Origin: Cyanidioschyzon merolae | Taxonomy: Eukaryota | DNA length: 64,000 bases | Strand: one strand, 5' to 3' | NCBI GenBank assembly: GCA_000091205.1 | Contig: AP006499.2 | Shown: piece by piece, positions 1-12,600 of the stretch | How the letters are laid out: the number at the start of each line of letters is the position of its first letter | Numbering within the stretch: the first letter of the stretch is position 1 | Position numbers and translations under genes: made by a program | Notes under the pieces: model-generated | What the model was told of the DNA's origin: nothing | What the model saw: the letters and a program-made list of their open reading frames with translations, nothing else | Database searches by the model: none

Positions 1-570
1 TTGAGGTACCGAGCTTTTTGCAGGCGTCGCAAGGAGGAAGGACGGCCCTGCGACGCCTGTGCGTACGTCGGCACTAGACTCCCTGTCAAACGAGCATGCC
101 GAGCGCTGAACGATTCCAGCAAACGCACGGCGATGTAGCGATGCTGCATTCGAGTATAGCACAGAATTCCCGACAGCACCATTGCGAGTATGCGAATGCC
201 TGCCGCCCCCGCGATACCATCCCGAAGGTGTTTTCCATTGTATTGGACTCGTGTTTTGGAAAACTGATTCGGACAGGTGGATTCGTGGATGTGCGTCCTG
301 TATCGCAGTTTATCCAGGTCTGGATATGAAAGAGGTTTCTCGGTTTCCAGGGGATACTTCCAGCGGATTCGAGGATACGGGTGCTGTTGCTCAGTCCATA
401 CAGGTTCGATTGTCGTCTGCATTCCTCCGAATGCTCATGTATGACGCTACCGCTTTCGGCAATGTTTAAGGACTCCGTTGAAATCCATGGGCATCACTCA
501 GCATCGATAGAAGAGCGCTGTGCTCGCGCCTGCACTCCACGGTCTCCGCCGGATGCCCGTGCAGGTCCTC

Positions 571-600
571 CATACATACACACACACACACACATACACC
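571..600. repeat. Imperfect (CA)n microsatellite
   Basis: The sequence reads catacatacacacacacacacacatacacc. It lies 3' of the leuA gene and gives a spurious C-V-C-V peptide in the minus-strand ORF 466-1206. Confidence 0.8.
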
Positions 601-1198
601 CTGATTGCATCGCGGAAGGAGCCAGTGCATCCTGCATCTGCGCCCCGGATCACGATAACGCCTGCGAGAATTCGTATCGTTCACTTTGTCGAGATGCCTA
701 ATGGGGTCCTGTGCTTTTCGACAGAAAAGCATACGTGACCGCCTCCCAGATCGTTGGACGAAGCATGCGGCCTCGTATTCGACGCGGACTCTGGTGTTGC
801 ATCTGCTTGACTTCAATATGCACAGCACCTTTTTTATTTGCAAGGGACCACCATGGCGTTCAGTAATACGTGTACCATAACAGTAAACCGGCCATGAAAC
901 ATACTCAGTCGACAGATGCACCAGCCGTGCCGCTCGTGTCATCGCGAGTGCGCCGCCGTCTTGCAGCAGGTCCTGGTTTCCGAGGCCTCCCGAACGACCC
1001 TCGAAGAAGGGAGCAAATTGTCCAAAATTGGTTTGGATAACTGCACGTGTTTCTCGTTCGATACGGGCGTCATGCCACATATTGCGAAAACTCCATGCAG
1101 ACTGCAACTTCATGACGTTTTGCATTGTATCGGGTACTTCAGCGAAGGCTCGCCAGATCCGCTCAGAGCGCAACCGACGACGGCGGCCGCCACATGCA

Positions 1199-3160
1199 TC
1201 AGGCACTGCTATGTTGCGGGTGAATCGGCTGGGGCGTATTCGTATTCCGGCTGCATCGATTCAGAGCATTCACATAGGCCTGAACCGAGGCGGTCACCAC
1301 GTCGGTATCTGCGGCATAACCCGTAAAGATGCGATCCATGCGCCGATCCCGAACGCGAACCATAACCTCACCAAGCGAATCGATGCCACTCGTGACGCTG
1401 GACACAGTATACTCGAGCAGCTCAATATCCAGTCCATGCTGCGCAACGACGGCGTTGACAGCACAGTACGCCGCATCGACGGGGCCTGTACCAGTCCGCG
1501 GAACGGTAACCTCTTTGCCGGTCTCCATGACAAGCAGAGTCACCGTTGCGGTCGGTATGCTCGATGAGCCGCACTGCACCTGCACTCGCTTGAGTTTGAA
1601 ATGCTCGACCCCGATTTCCTTCAGGCCACCACTCACAATCGCCTCCAGGTCCGCGTCGGTAATTTCGCGTTTTCGATCCGCAAGCTCCTTGAAACGCAGA
1701 AACGCTCGGTTGAGGTCGTCGTCGCTGAGCTCGAAGCCCAGTTCCGTGAGGCGTGCCCGAAACGCCGCTCGGCCACTCAGTTTGCCCAGAGAGATCGCAT
1801 TCGTGGTGGCACCCACGGTATCAGCGCTCAGGATCGAGTACGTAGAGGCGTTACGGAGGTATCCGTGCTGATGTATACCCGACTCGTGACGGAAAGCGTT
1901 AGCGCCCACCACGGCCTTATTCGGTGCAACGACCATACCGGTGAGGCTCGACACCATTCGACTCGTCTTTGCAATTTCTCGAAACTGAATGTTCGTCAGC
2001 TGACGATCACTATGACCCGACGCAATATCATCCCGCCCAAAAACTCTGGCATAGTAATTGCGGCGCACGTACAGCGCCATGACGAGCTCTTCGAGAGATG
2101 CATTCCCCGCCCGTTCCCCGATTCCATTCACGGTAACCTCGACCTGGCGAGCGCCTGCCTCACAGGCAGCGAGGAAATTCGCAACACTCATACCCAGATC
2201 ATCGTGACCGTGCACGGAGAGAATAACATCGCCGGTCCGAACGCCCGGGACGTTCTCGTAGATGCCTCGTATGAGGGTGTACATTTCGTTCGGCGTAATG
2301 TACCCGCAGGTGTCGGGGACGTTGAGCGTGGTCGCCCCTGCCTCCGCGGCCCGACGGAAAGCCTCGTAGAGAAACTCGGGGTCTGACCGCGTTGCGTCCT
2401 CAGCCGAAAACTCCACGTCCTTGCAAAGCGAGCAGGCGTAACGCACTTGTTCCGATATGATGTCGAGCACCTCAGCGCGCGTCTTGCGCAACTTGTGCTC
2501 GAGATGAATATCGGACGTGGCGATGAAGGTATGGATACGGGGAAATGCCGCAACCTCTATGGCTTCCCAGCATCGTTTTATATCTGCGGCGGTGGCGCGA
2601 GCCAGGCCGCAAATAATCGGCGGATTGGGCCGGTTCCCAACTTGCTCCGCAATCCGACGCACAGCCTCAAAGTCGCCGTTGCTCGCAGCCGGGAAGCCGG
2701 CCTCCAGAACGTCAACACCAAGCGCGGCCAGTTGACGCGCCAGTGTCAGCTTCTCTTCGGCGTTCATGGCGGCTCCTGGAGACTGCTCGCCGTCGCGACA
2801 CGTGGTATCGAAGATGCGCACGCGCTCAGGGTCCCGCCCCGTGGCGACATCGTGCGCAGTAGGCTTCACCGGTACGCGTACGACTGGGCGCTCTGCTCTA
2901 GCGCTCGCGTCACTAACCGCGTTGCCTATCATGAGTAAGCGCTGAAGCGAGTCCCTTGTGCGTAAACCTCCAAGGCCTCTGCTTCGTGGCCGCCCCGCCG
3001 CACGGGGCACACCACGCCGACTCGCGAACGGAAAGGTAAACGCTGCCCTTGACGCTTGATCCGAGACATGTCCAAAACACTCCTTACGTACGCTGGATAT
3101 GGTCCTGTGGCTCGTCCATGATGGACCACAGAATGCTATGGTAGCGTACGCTTGCCACAT
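1199..3160 (-). CDS. leuA: 2-isopropylmalate synthase (LeuA/IPMS, long form with C-terminal LeuA-dimer/regulatory domain); ~100-aa N-terminal extension is a possible plastid transit peptide
   Basis: An uninterrupted 653-aa ORF with an ATG start (reverse complement of 3158-3160). It carries the HMGL-like catalytic signatures [30 protein letters not shown] and HESGIHQHG, followed by a C-terminal regulatory domain ([22 protein letters not shown]...). Confidence 0.9.
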   Translation of the reverse strand: MWQAYATIAFCGPSWTSHRTISSVRKECFGHVSDQASRAAFTFPFASRRGVPRAAGRPRSRGLGGLRTRDSLQRLLMIGNAVSDASARAERPVVRVPVKPTAHDVATGRDPERVRIFDTTCRDGEQSPGAAMNAEEKLTLARQLAALGVDVLEAGFPAASNGDFEAVRRIAEQVGNRPNPPIICGLARATAADIKRCWEAIEVAAFPRIHTFIATSDIHLEHKLRKTRAEVLDIISEQVRYACSLCKDVEFSAEDATRSDPEFLYEAFRRAAEAGATTLNVPDTCGYITPNEMYTLIRGIYENVPGVRTGDVILSVHGHDDLGMSVANFLAACEAGARQVEVTVNGIGERAGNASLEELVMALYVRRNYYARVFGRDDIASGHSDRQLTNIQFREIAKTSRMVSSLTGMVVAPNKAVVGANAFRHESGIHQHGYLRNASTYSILSADTVGATTNAISLGKLSGRAAFRARLTELGFELSDDDLNRAFLRFKELADRKREITDADLEAIVSGGLKEIGVEHFKLKRVQVQCGSSSIPTATVTLLVMETGKEVTVPRTGTGPVDAAYCAVNAVVAQHGLDIELLEYTVSSVTSGIDSLGEVMVRVRDRRMDRIFTGYAADTDVVTASVQAYVNALNRCSRNTNTPQPIHPQHSSA

Positions 3161-3180
3161 GTTTTACACTCGCAACAGTG

Positions 3181-3227
3181 CACACACACACGTATACACA
3201 CACGTACACACACACGCACACACACAA
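3181..3227. repeat. Compound (CA)n/(CACG) microsatellite
   Basis: The sequence reads cacacacacacgtatacacacacgtacacacacacgcacacacacaac. It lies just upstream of the leuA start. Confidence 0.8.
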
Positions 3228-3493
3228 CAGGTGTCCTGCGTGCGCACTGAACGCTCGCCGTCGCGTTGCACGCATAGCGCCCTGCGATACGTGCGCGGGA
3301 TCGCCGGCGCACCGGCGATCTTTTGTTGGACAGAACGTCCACACGTACACCAGGCATCCCCGATGAGGCGCTTGAGATCAGCGCGCGTGCGCAAGCATCC
3401 ATCATTACTCGTTTGACCTGCTCGTTCAACCACCGATATACTCCCTGTGAAATACTGGATATTTGCGACTTTGCATAGTCCACCGTGTCTGAA

Positions 3494-3783
3494 TCTAGCA
3501 TACAAAATGTCGCCGATATTTCCAAAGTGAACACAGCAGGAAACCTGACCAACTTTGTCATACAAGTGAGGGCATCGGCACGTCGATACCGAGATCGCCT
3601 GTTTTCATTCATCGTGCACTGACACTAGCGCATGGCACGGGGATGCAGCATGTCGCTGGCATCATTATCACCGTTATCATCGTCGTCGCGCCTCGAGCCG
3701 AAGCCCTCACTTGTATGAGAAATTTGGTCAGGTTTCCGTTCTGCGTTTGCATTGGCGCGATCGGCGACATATTGGATACTAGA
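3494..3783. repeat. Long imperfect inverted repeat (arms ~3494-3577 and ~3700-3783, ~85% identical, 122-nt spacer); foldback or MITE-like element or regulatory palindrome
   Basis: The reverse complement of 3700-3770 (agtatccaatATGTCGCCGAT...GGAAACCTGACCAAATTTCTCATACAAGTGAGGGCTTC) aligns with 3507-3577 (ATGTCGCCGAT...GGAAACCTGACCAACTTTGTCATACAAGTGAGGGCATC). The opposite-strand short ORFs here encode near-identical peptides (LTCM..LVRFP), which is what the same DNA read on both strands would give. Confidence 0.7.
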
Positions 3784-5153
3784 GGCAGGATCGACGGACA
3801 ATGGAACGTGGGAAATAACCGAGATCTCTGAAGGATCCTATGACTCATGCAAGTTTACGGATGACGGGGCGTGGAACGATGAACCCGTCCCTGACCGTTG
3901 ATGTCAAGTGCGTTCCCGGGAGTCTCCGGTCCGTATAAACGACCTGCGCAACAACGGTATCCATATGGACACCGAAACGCTAGAGCGGGACCTGCTGCTG
4001 ACCTGCATGTGCCACAGGCGGGGTTTCGGAGAGGCGCTGCGGCTCCACGGCGGGCGCCGCTAAGCACCCAGACGCCATCCAGCGCATGTCGATATCTTGT
4101 CAATTATGCAACGGTTATGGATCGTACTGGCTGTACAAACCACTCCTCGGCGAGACGACGACACATCGTGCATGCAAGTAATGGGCAGCATAACTTTGGG
4201 CGATCCGCTACCGCTTCTATGCTGCGGTGGTAACGAGCACGCTGAGAGTCGCCTTGTCCGTCCATCTAATCTCAGCGTAAAAGTTGCGGGACTTTTGGAG
4301 CACGACAACGCATGCTTTGCTCCCCGCAGCGAACGGTAACAGGAAACAGAGCTTCCGGTCTTCTGGTCCAGGAGCATCCCGAACGCCATCGTTGCGCAGC
4401 GTGCGGGCTCGCACACCCCCTGAAACATGTGCCGTATTTGGAGAGTATCTTGAGTGCACGATTGCTGTATGGAACCAGAGAGGAGTGCTCAGATCCCCTG
4501 CAGTTGCTTGTATGCTACATTAATTTCGCAGCGCACCCTACCTCAGGAACAAAGGTTGGATACGAATATCACCAAAACAGCGCTAGCTGCATACCATTCA
4601 GCCATTGTTCGCATGATGGGTCTCGCGGTGCTCCCAGGATATGTAGAGGGAACGCGATCCCACATCCGCAAAGACATTCAAAAGCTCTGCTGTCTCTGGT
4701 TGTCTCTTTGGCAGTGGCGGTTGCACCTTCGACGTCCCAGCAAGCACCAGAGGTGGCCTCGGTAGCCGCAGGTTTATTGGATTCATCCGACCTCGATTCT
4801 CAGCGCACGACTGCTCCGGAGTTTGTGTAACCTACTGGATACTGCGGGAGCGCAATTAGCTCCATCCTGGATACCACTTCATAGCCTGGGTGCATCCATG
4901 AGGTTGAATCTGTTTCGCTCCGTCGATCTCCCGACTAGTGAGCACCACGAGTGCGCCACGGCGCTCTGGCGCAGCCGCAACGCTTGTTCTACATCTCTAC
5001 GTAGGCGGCTTCGAAGCCGTGTTTGGATGTTGGCTGTCTGGCAGTGTCGCGCACGGAACGGAACCTCAGTAGTCTTGTCGCTCATACGATATAAAAATTT
5101 CACAGGCACTCTCATCCGCTAGTTGGTAGCTGCATCCTTCAGTCTCTGTCAAG

Positions 5154-6365
5154 TTGGCGTCGACAAGTGGACGTTCGTGGAGCCGGCTGCTTTCCTCAGA
5201 CCTGATCCAGGCGTTGCATGCGCTCCGTCTGAGCCGGCCGACCCAGGTACAGGCCACGGCTATACCTGCGGCGCTAGAAGGTAATCATGTAGTTCTAACT
5301 GCGCAGACAGGCTCTGGAAAGACCCTGGGATATGTTCTTCCGTTACTAGAGCTACTACGGCGAGACCGTGCTCGTGAGGCACGAACGACCAGCCCAGCGT
5401 CGCCGTCGCCTCAGGCACTGATCGTCGTTCCGACTCGCGAGTTGGCTGCTCAAGTCTGCCGTGTCTGGAGCGACTTTACGGAATGCACGGGTCTGACGTG
5501 CTCGCTGCTGACGCGACAAGCGTTTCAAACTTCGAATGAAGTTGCCGCATGGGTGTCGCCCGCTAGGGATACTGCTGGAAAGGGAGAACCGGCGCTCTGG
5601 ACTCGCTTGCGCCATCTGCGCTACCTTGTTCTAGACGAGGCAGACAGCCTGTTTGCTATGCAGCAGCGCAACCAGCTTGCACCGCTTCCGTTGCATCGAC
5701 TCCAAGGCGGACAGCTGTGGTGCGTTGCCGCCACGATGACTCGCGGCTCACTCGCCCAGGTCGAAGCGCTGGCCCGAGCGCTGACGCCATCCCGAAAACT
5801 CTTCATTGCTCGAGATAATGGGCTCCACGAACCGCCACGAATTGTGCGTATTCGTTTCGAACTAGTTCAGCATCCGCCGCAGAAGGTGACGCGTTTGCTC
5901 GAATGGCTGCAAGCCGACGCTCGTGGTCTACTCCGAGACGGCAAAAGTACCCTCGTGTTCTGTAATTCCATCCAGACCTGTCGTTTCGTGCAGCACACGC
6001 TTCGTGAGCAGGGCGTCCTTGCCCTCGCGTGCCACGGCGGGATGCCTACACGTATGCGAGACGCGGCAGTAGAGCAATTCGCCAACGGCACCGCTGATGT
6101 GCTGATTTGTTCGGATTTGATGGCACGGGGAATCGATTGGCCCTTTGTCGGGCGAGTGCTCAGCTTTGACGCACCAGCAACATACCATCATTTTCTGCAC
6201 CGAGCAGGACGTCTACGTAGGGGCGGTGATTGCATCACGCTCATACGCAGAGCGCGCAGAGAGCAAGACCTCGCCATGATGATTGCGAAACGGTTTCCGG
6301 AGCGCACTCATTGGCAGGTAATGGAGCAGCAACCAAGCCTTGGGCGTGATCGGCTCCGGCCCTGA
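5154..6365 (+). CDS. DEAD-box ATP-dependent RNA helicase, minimal core only (~403 aa); 5' end of the gene model unresolved because there is no in-frame ATG before the conserved motifs
   Basis: It has the Q motif (LSRPTQVQATAIP), motif I AQTGSGKT, motif Ia PTRELA, motif II LVLDEAD, a motif III-like AAT, and motif VI HRAGRLRRGG. The open frame starts after a TAG at 5127-5129. The first possible initiators are CTG at 5130 and TTG at 5154. The first ATG codon comes after motif II. Confidence 0.8.
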   Translation: MASTSGRSWSRLLSSDLIQALHALRLSRPTQVQATAIPAALEGNHVVLTAQTGSGKTLGYVLPLLELLRRDRAREARTTSPASPSPQALIVVPTRELAAQVCRVWSDFTECTGLTCSLLTRQAFQTSNEVAAWVSPARDTAGKGEPALWTRLRHLRYLVLDEADSLFAMQQRNQLAPLPLHRLQGGQLWCVAATMTRGSLAQVEALARALTPSRKLFIARDNGLHEPPRIVRIRFELVQHPPQKVTRLLEWLQADARGLLRDGKSTLVFCNSIQTCRFVQHTLREQGVLALACHGGMPTRMRDAAVEQFANGTADVLICSDLMARGIDWPFVGRVLSFDAPATYHHFLHRAGRLRRGGDCITLIRRARREQDLAMMIAKRFPERTHWQVMEQQPSLGRDRLRP

Positions 6366-7540
6366 GCATCCGACGACTTGCTTTGACACATTCTCGCTTT
6401 TGGAAGAGGTGCCTGCTGTTGTGAAAGGGGTGTGTTTGGACGCTTTCTGGTCTTGCGGATACAGACGCGATTGTTCATGAGGGCTTCTGTGGTCGCAGGA
6501 ACGTTTCAAGGAATTGTGTAGCTTCGATCCCGACGTATTGGTGCCTCGCTCGCCGAAAGCTAACTCGTCTTTTGCTGTGCATAAATCTGTTTCTCTGATG
6601 AAGCTTTGCGGTGTTGTACTGCGACCGCACTGAAGTGATGCGACTTGGAGGCACGTTGGCCGGTCCGTCGCAGAAAATTAGCGCAGCTTTTCCGGAAGTG
6701 TCATGAACACTCCGCATCTATGGCACGATGCAGCGAACCACCGGAATGTCACTGCTCTATCGATCGCTTCTGTTTCGATTGTTTCGCTCTGGAATTGGAC
6801 ATGAAAAGCGTGATGCGGCCAACCGAGGCGAATCGCATGCAGGACGCAGTCTCTCGACTTTGTCTGCAATCGTCGGCACCAGTATTTGTCAGGATGATGA
6901 ACAGTGGAAGAACGACTCCGTTTTGTCGGGGTATGCAAGCCGTGTGCACGTTGAAAGATACTCGCAAGCCGGTGCGGTTGGAATCGCGGGGTGCACAATA
7001 CCCATGTCAGCATAAAATGGAACAGGTCTACTTACCTAGCAGGAGCGTACACCCCAAAGTTTTCGTCTCATTCCATCGCCATGGACGTCGGCCTTTACGG
7101 GATGTTTCTGCGACTGTTTCCCTTCTCTCTCTCTCTGTATATTCTCTGGCTCGCCATACGCCGGTTTCCCCTGTTCCTCCAGCTGCGTTGTCAGCAGTCT
7201 CAGAATGCTGTCGCCGGTGTTCAAGTCCCGAATTCATCGCTTCCGGCTGTTTCAGACAGAATTCGCGCAAAGACAGTAGTTGCGTTCTACGCCTCGGTTG
7301 CCGTTTGCACGACTTGCTTCGTGTAGATCCTCGTTGCGCCCTTCACAGTACTGACACGTGACCATGGTCGGGTATGCCCGTACGTCCTGGGCACCTGCTT
7401 CCCCGAGTGCTGCCTGCCACATGCACTGGACGCTCACCTCAGGGGACGACCCCATTTCCGTGCCCAGTGCCGTACGCGATGAACACGGTCTTCCGCTAGG
7501 CGATACACTCGGCGAGCATGCTGACTGCTGTGCGCGCTCA

Positions 7541-7620
7541 AACACACACACACACACACACAGAGACACACATACAGACACAGACACATACTGACACACA
7601 GATACACAGACTCACACACG
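7541..7620. repeat. CA-rich compound microsatellite
   Basis: The sequence reads caaacacacacacacacacacacagagacacacatacagacacagacacatactgacacacagatacacagactcacacacg. It lies in a ~3.3-kb spacer with no gene call. Confidence 0.8.
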
Positions 7621-9373
7621 TCCACGCTGCTTCATTCGAGAGCGGATTTTTCTGGGACCCGATGTTGCTCATCGTGAGACAGGGACCGGAAGGAGCACTC
7701 ACGCTGGAGAACAAGTCGCGAAATCTCGACCCGTCAACGCTGCATTCGTGTCCAGCGTCCGTCACCGCGCTGCACACACGAAGCAAGCACTGCGATGACT
7801 CAAGCCCGAGCTCGGGAAGATTCTGTACTTGAAAGCAAGCTCTCGTAGCGTACTCCACAAAGCGTACCACGCTGGTGCCGATTCCCGTTTCTTCGCTAGA
7901 GAGAGACAGCGCGGGATTCACCTCCTGAAGCACATCCATCCTCTTGTCGTGACTGGCTCAGTGAGCCTTCAGCATGAGCCCGTGAACGAAACCCAAGCGT
8001 CGGTGTCGACGGTGCCCGGTCGACAATCCAACAGTTCGAGTCGCTGCGCTCATGGCTGGCATAGGGAGAAAAAAAGATTCGAAAACTTGAAGAATCCGTA
8101 ATGTAAGCATGTCGATCGTAAGGCAAGCGGGAGAACGGATGCTTGTTGATACGGGTCGGTCAAAGATACCGGTTACTTGTCGAACAACTGTTCAATAGCT
8201 TCGCGAATCGTCTTGATTCCATTTCCGTAAAAACCTTAAGCGGGAGAGCGTGGAAGAGGCCACGCCCAACTGACGACCCAGCATCCTAAAACTACGCATG
8301 AATCCACACACCTTGATTGCAGCACGTTGAATATCCATGCGATGCACGAAAAAAAACACGAGTCCGGAAAGATATCGAAAGACCTGAACAGAGCGACAAG
8401 TTCTGTTCGCCTTTTTCACCTGACACGAGTGCATGAGCATCGTTCTATCGCTGCAGCGGCCAAGACTGGCCCGTAAGAAAAGTTGAAAACCCGCATGCTG
8501 ATGACCAGTTCGCAAACTGGGATACCCTCTCCCGCTTATGATGCTACCCAATCAAAAGATACCGTCTTGCGCTGTCATGGGTATGCGTCTTGTACAATAG
8601 CTACCAAACGCTCTTACGCTCACATGCTCGTGCGATGAATTTGGTCAAAAATAGCGTTTCAGGAAGCGCTTCCCCGATGACAACCGCACCAAGGCATCAG
8701 TTGGTGCTCGTGCACGGCTTCTGCACCCGCAATGCTGTGCTCAGGTAGGATTCGTGCATCGCACTCGAAATTTCCAGGTGCGCGATTGCCGAAGGTCAAA
8801 AACTCCATAAAAGATTTCACATTCTTCACACTCCCTTCATCGGTCCATGTATCCAAGCAAAGTGCTCCTTGAGGAGTCTCGCCTCAACCAAACTTGAATG
8901 GCGCTCTGTTTATCACCAACGTCGCATGCATGAATCGAAGCGAATGCCCCCGATTGCTCAGTTGGCTACAGTCTCCATGAAAAAGACCTCAAATCGCGCA
9001 AGTATCTCAGCATGCTCTGCGAGCAGCAAACGAATCGCCTCACATCAACCCTAAAATAAACGTGTCGAGGAATCGACGGCGGGGCGTTAAAGAGCGGCTA
9101 AACCCCACGTGCAAACATTCACTGGATACCACCCTGGATACGTTGTAGCTGACGCTGCATCCGATACTTGATGACCCTGCAATAACCGAGTTTTTTCGAT
9201 CAACAGAATGTTTCGATGGACTTGAATACCCGATATGGCCGCGTACCTACCCGCCGCCACCACCAACACCACCAACACTACTAAGACCAACACTTTCACC
9301 ATCACCGCCGTCAGCCCTTGGACGTTGGTGCGGTAACGATTTTCATGGGAAAACGGAGGCAGGTGGGCGTTAT

Positions 9374-9478
9374 CTTCATCTTCTTCATCTTCTTCCTCCT
9401 CCTCCTCCTCCTCCTCATCATCATATTCATCATCATCATCGTCGGCGTCGGCGGCGGCGACGGCGGCGGCGGCGCGCA
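9374..9478. repeat. Composite trinucleotide repeat (CTT/CCT/CAT/GGC)n about 170 bp upstream of the Tic110-like ATG
   Basis: The sequence reads cttcatcttcttcatcttcttcctcctcctcctcctcctcatcatcat...ggcgtcggcggcggcgacggcggcggcggcg. It produces a poly-E/D peptide in the spurious minus-strand ORF 9087-9503. Confidence 0.8.
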
Positions 9479-9646
9479 TCCCAATCGTCGCCGTAAGGCT
9501 CATCGTCGTCGCCTCGCCTGGACACTCGAGATCGTCAGAAGCTGTGTTTCAGTTTCTGCCGAGCGAGAGTGGCAACTCTAGAGCTCGGAAGAGCCGTCAG
9601 TTACCCAACAGCAGCTTAGCGATCGATCATAATCCGCTCCGAAGGC

Positions 9647-12600
9647 ATGCAGAGTCCTGCGGAAGCATTGTCGCAGCAGCATGCACAAGGTTGGCACTTC
9701 ACGAGAGGACCTTTCGCCGTACTCGGCTTTGTCAACCTGTTTCCTGCGGGGGCTGGATCGAACTTTGCTACGAGAAACTTGCTACGGAAAGGTCGCTGCA
9801 GTAAACAGCAGCTGCGGGGAAAGCGCTGGTGCTGTGTGCGCGGCTTCCGAGTAGAGCGTCAGTCCCTGCAGGCTGCCGCCGAGGTGCCGACGCCTTACCG
9901 CTTCGCGCTGGGGCGAGCACCGGTCGAGCGAGCCAAGGCAGCGGGACCGATCTCGCAGCAGCATGCTCGATCAGAGGAAGAGTTGAACGAACTCGTAGCG
10001 AAGAGGTTCTTAGAACTGGTCCGCAGTGAGGGCACTGGGCCCGTTGGCGTTCCGGCTCAGCTGGTGAAGCCGGCTTGGCTCGAATGGAGCGACCGCATGG
10101 CCACCAGGCTGGCTGGTTTGGGGCAAGTCTGGCGCGTACTCTTCAGTGTGCTACTTGCAGCAACTATTGGGGCGGCTGCGGCCGGCGTAACGCCACCGGG
10201 ACGTCGACGCGCTGCGGGTTTCGCCGCGGGTGCGCTTCCAACTGCAGCGCTTGCCGTGGTGATGCTCCGGCGGGGACGCTCGATTGGTGCACCGCGAGCG
10301 CTCGCAAGCGCTCTTGTCGAGAGCACGGTTGCTGTATCGACGAAGAACATGCCGAGTGCGAGCGATGATCAGCGTCGCCGTGCAGACGACAATGGCGGCG
10401 AAGACACGGAAAGCGACGACAATGGAGCGACGTCCTCAAACGCGCCACCGCGACTGGGGCTTGCCTCACACATCGATCCGGAGATGATTCAGCGTGTGGC
10501 AATACAATACGGGATGCAGCCGGACGCTCCATCGTGGAAGCTGGAGACGCTTGTTGGTCTCTATGAACGATACCTACTGGCTTTGGTGCAGACGAGCGGC
10601 ACGCCGCGCGTCTCCGAAGTTCGCCAGTTGAAAGCACTGCGCTCCGCGTTTGGTCTGAGTCATGTCGATGTCGGTGACGCGCATCATCAAGTAGCGATGC
10701 GTTTTCGTAGAGAAAATTTCGTCTATATTGACGACTATATTCGCGCACAAGACGTCGACGATCGGAACTATGATGAGATCTTCCGGGAACGCGCACAAGA
10801 TGTGAATCAGAAACTTTCCAAGCTACTCTTCCTATCTGCACGCGTGCTCGACGATCCAACTGAACCAGAGGAGGCTTACCGCTACGAAATGGCCCGCTTG
10901 CGCAACGTATTTGACTTGTCAGAATCAGAGTTTCAGGCGCGTGTTCGTGACATTGCCGTTCCTTTCTACCAGACCGCAGTGCGGAAGGCTGTATGGCTGC
11001 TTGAGCAAGGTCGGTCGATCACTTTAGAGAAATTGCGATCTGCTCGGGAAATGCTGGATGTTGACGATGGCACCGCTAGTCGTCTGCATCTGGAGGCGTA
11101 TGGAGCGCTCGTGCAGCGCCTCCTGCAAGCACATTCGAACGAGAAAGTCCCACGTCTATCCGCAAAAGACATGAGCGTGCTCCAGGAGGCAAGGAGGCTT
11201 TTGGATATCGATGCAGGCGATGCAGATGCGCTGCTCCGCGATGCCGCAGAGCCGCTCTATCAGCAAGAGGTGGAGCGCGTCGTTGAGTCTGCAGATCTTC
11301 GCATTCCTACGGCACATGGGCGCCTAGCGGTGCGTCGGGAAGAGCTGGGGCTCAGCGTAGAGCTCGCACGCACAGCGGCAGAGAAGTGGATTCGCGGGCG
11401 TGTTACCGCTATCCTGAAGGATGCCACACGAGCGCTCCGCGTTCAGAACCTTACCATGACGATTGAAGAACTGAATCGCCTGCTGGGGCTTATCCGCAGA
11501 AGCTTGAGCATCATTCATGGCGTCGTCTGGGAAGAGGTCGTTCCGAATTCGGCCGAGCAACGCACCGTGAACGCGTCACTGGAGCGTATCATGAGTGTGC
11601 TCCTTGATGAGCTCGCGGACCTAGAGCGCCAGCAGCTCTATCGAGTGTACCTGGCAAAATGTCTTGAGGACCGCATGATTGACGCACAAGAAGGACGCAA
11701 CCTCGATGATCTTCGCGCCGTTCTGCGTATTTCTGAAAACGAAGCTGCCCAAGCGTACAACCGTGCTGCTGGTCCCGTCTACCGGGAAGCTGTGCTCGAG
11801 GTCATGGCAAATCGAAGCGAGTTTACGGACGCGGATATCCAGAGCCTGAACCAAATAGCAGGCGACCTGCATATACCGGCCAAGGTTGCCCACGATATTC
11901 GTATGGAGCTGTATCGAGAGCGTCTTGAAGCGAGCACCCGCGATAATCGGGTACCATCGGAGGAAGAGTCCAGTCAGCTGGCGCGTTTGCGAGAGCTGCT
12001 CCAGTTGGATTCGGAGGCGCTCGCGGCACTGCACGCCAGCGTCTGCGCAGGCACCTATGCGCAGTCAGTCGACGAGTGCATGGGCTCGAACGGCATCATC
12101 CCGGAGCCGTATCGCGCCGGGCTGGAGCGTCTGCGACAACGGCTCTGCCTTGATGAACGACGTGCCCGAGAGCTCTTCCTGCAGGTAGCTCGTCGACGAA
12201 TGGCGGGCTATGTACAGCGCGCGATCAAGCTCCTCCAGAAGAAACAGTCGTTTCGGGGTCAGGATGAAGAGCGCGATGTCGGTGACGATCCCTTCGTGCG
12301 ACGAGCGGGCGCTTTTCTGGGCATCGAGGCGGGTACCATCACCATTGAGCTGAGTAACTTGATCGATTTCTACATCCGCAATGGAATCCTAGAGATGGAG
12401 AATGAACAGGCTGTGTACCCGGTGAACCTCCGGGGTGTCTTCGATCTGAACATTCTTCAGGAGATGTATCGACAATACCTCATCCAGTCCTTCGCAGCGA
12501 AAAGTCGCACAGAAAAGGAGCGCCTCTTTAACAACCTCGCACATTTGGGGAACATCCTGGGCCTTACTTCAGCCGAGGTCAATGCCATTCATTCGAATAT

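Noticed and set aside
466-1206. 246-aa minus-strand ORF immediately 3' of leuA, containing CVCVCVCV
   Set aside because: It starts at a GTG, overlaps the leuA stop, and its Cys-Val run is the (CA)n microsatellite read in frame. It is most likely 3' UTR or spacer and not a gene.
6645-7361. 238-aa plus-strand ORF in the 3.3-kb spacer
   Set aside because: It starts at a TTG and is Cys/Arg/Ser-rich with no protein-like periodicity. It also spans CT and CA microsatellites.
8232-8541. 12-bp perfect inverted repeat (taagcgggagag / ctctcccgctta) spanning ~300 nt in the gene desert, with faint RNase P/MRP-like strings (agtccggaaag, cccgcttat)
   Set aside because: I could not assemble a consistent P1-P4 or CR-I/CR-V structure. 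A 12-bp inverted pair at this distance is expected by chance in 64 kb. It is not called as ncRNA.
9087-9503. 138-aa ORF (ATG start) with poly-Asp/Glu tract and poly-Val/Leu hydrophobic segment upstream of Tic110
   Set aside because: Both features are direct translations of trinucleotide repeats (CTT/CCT/CAT)n and (ACC/AAC)n. There is no other protein-like signal. It is probably promoter or 5' region sequence.
10164-10859. Long antisense ORFs inside Tic110 (10164-10859), eIF4G (29994-30764), PheRS (56642-57139), DLD (23723-24283) and the 461-aa gene (60644-61189)
   Set aside because: These are typical stop-poor alternative frames of GC-rich coding DNA. Each lies wholly inside a better-supported gene on the other strand or in another frame.
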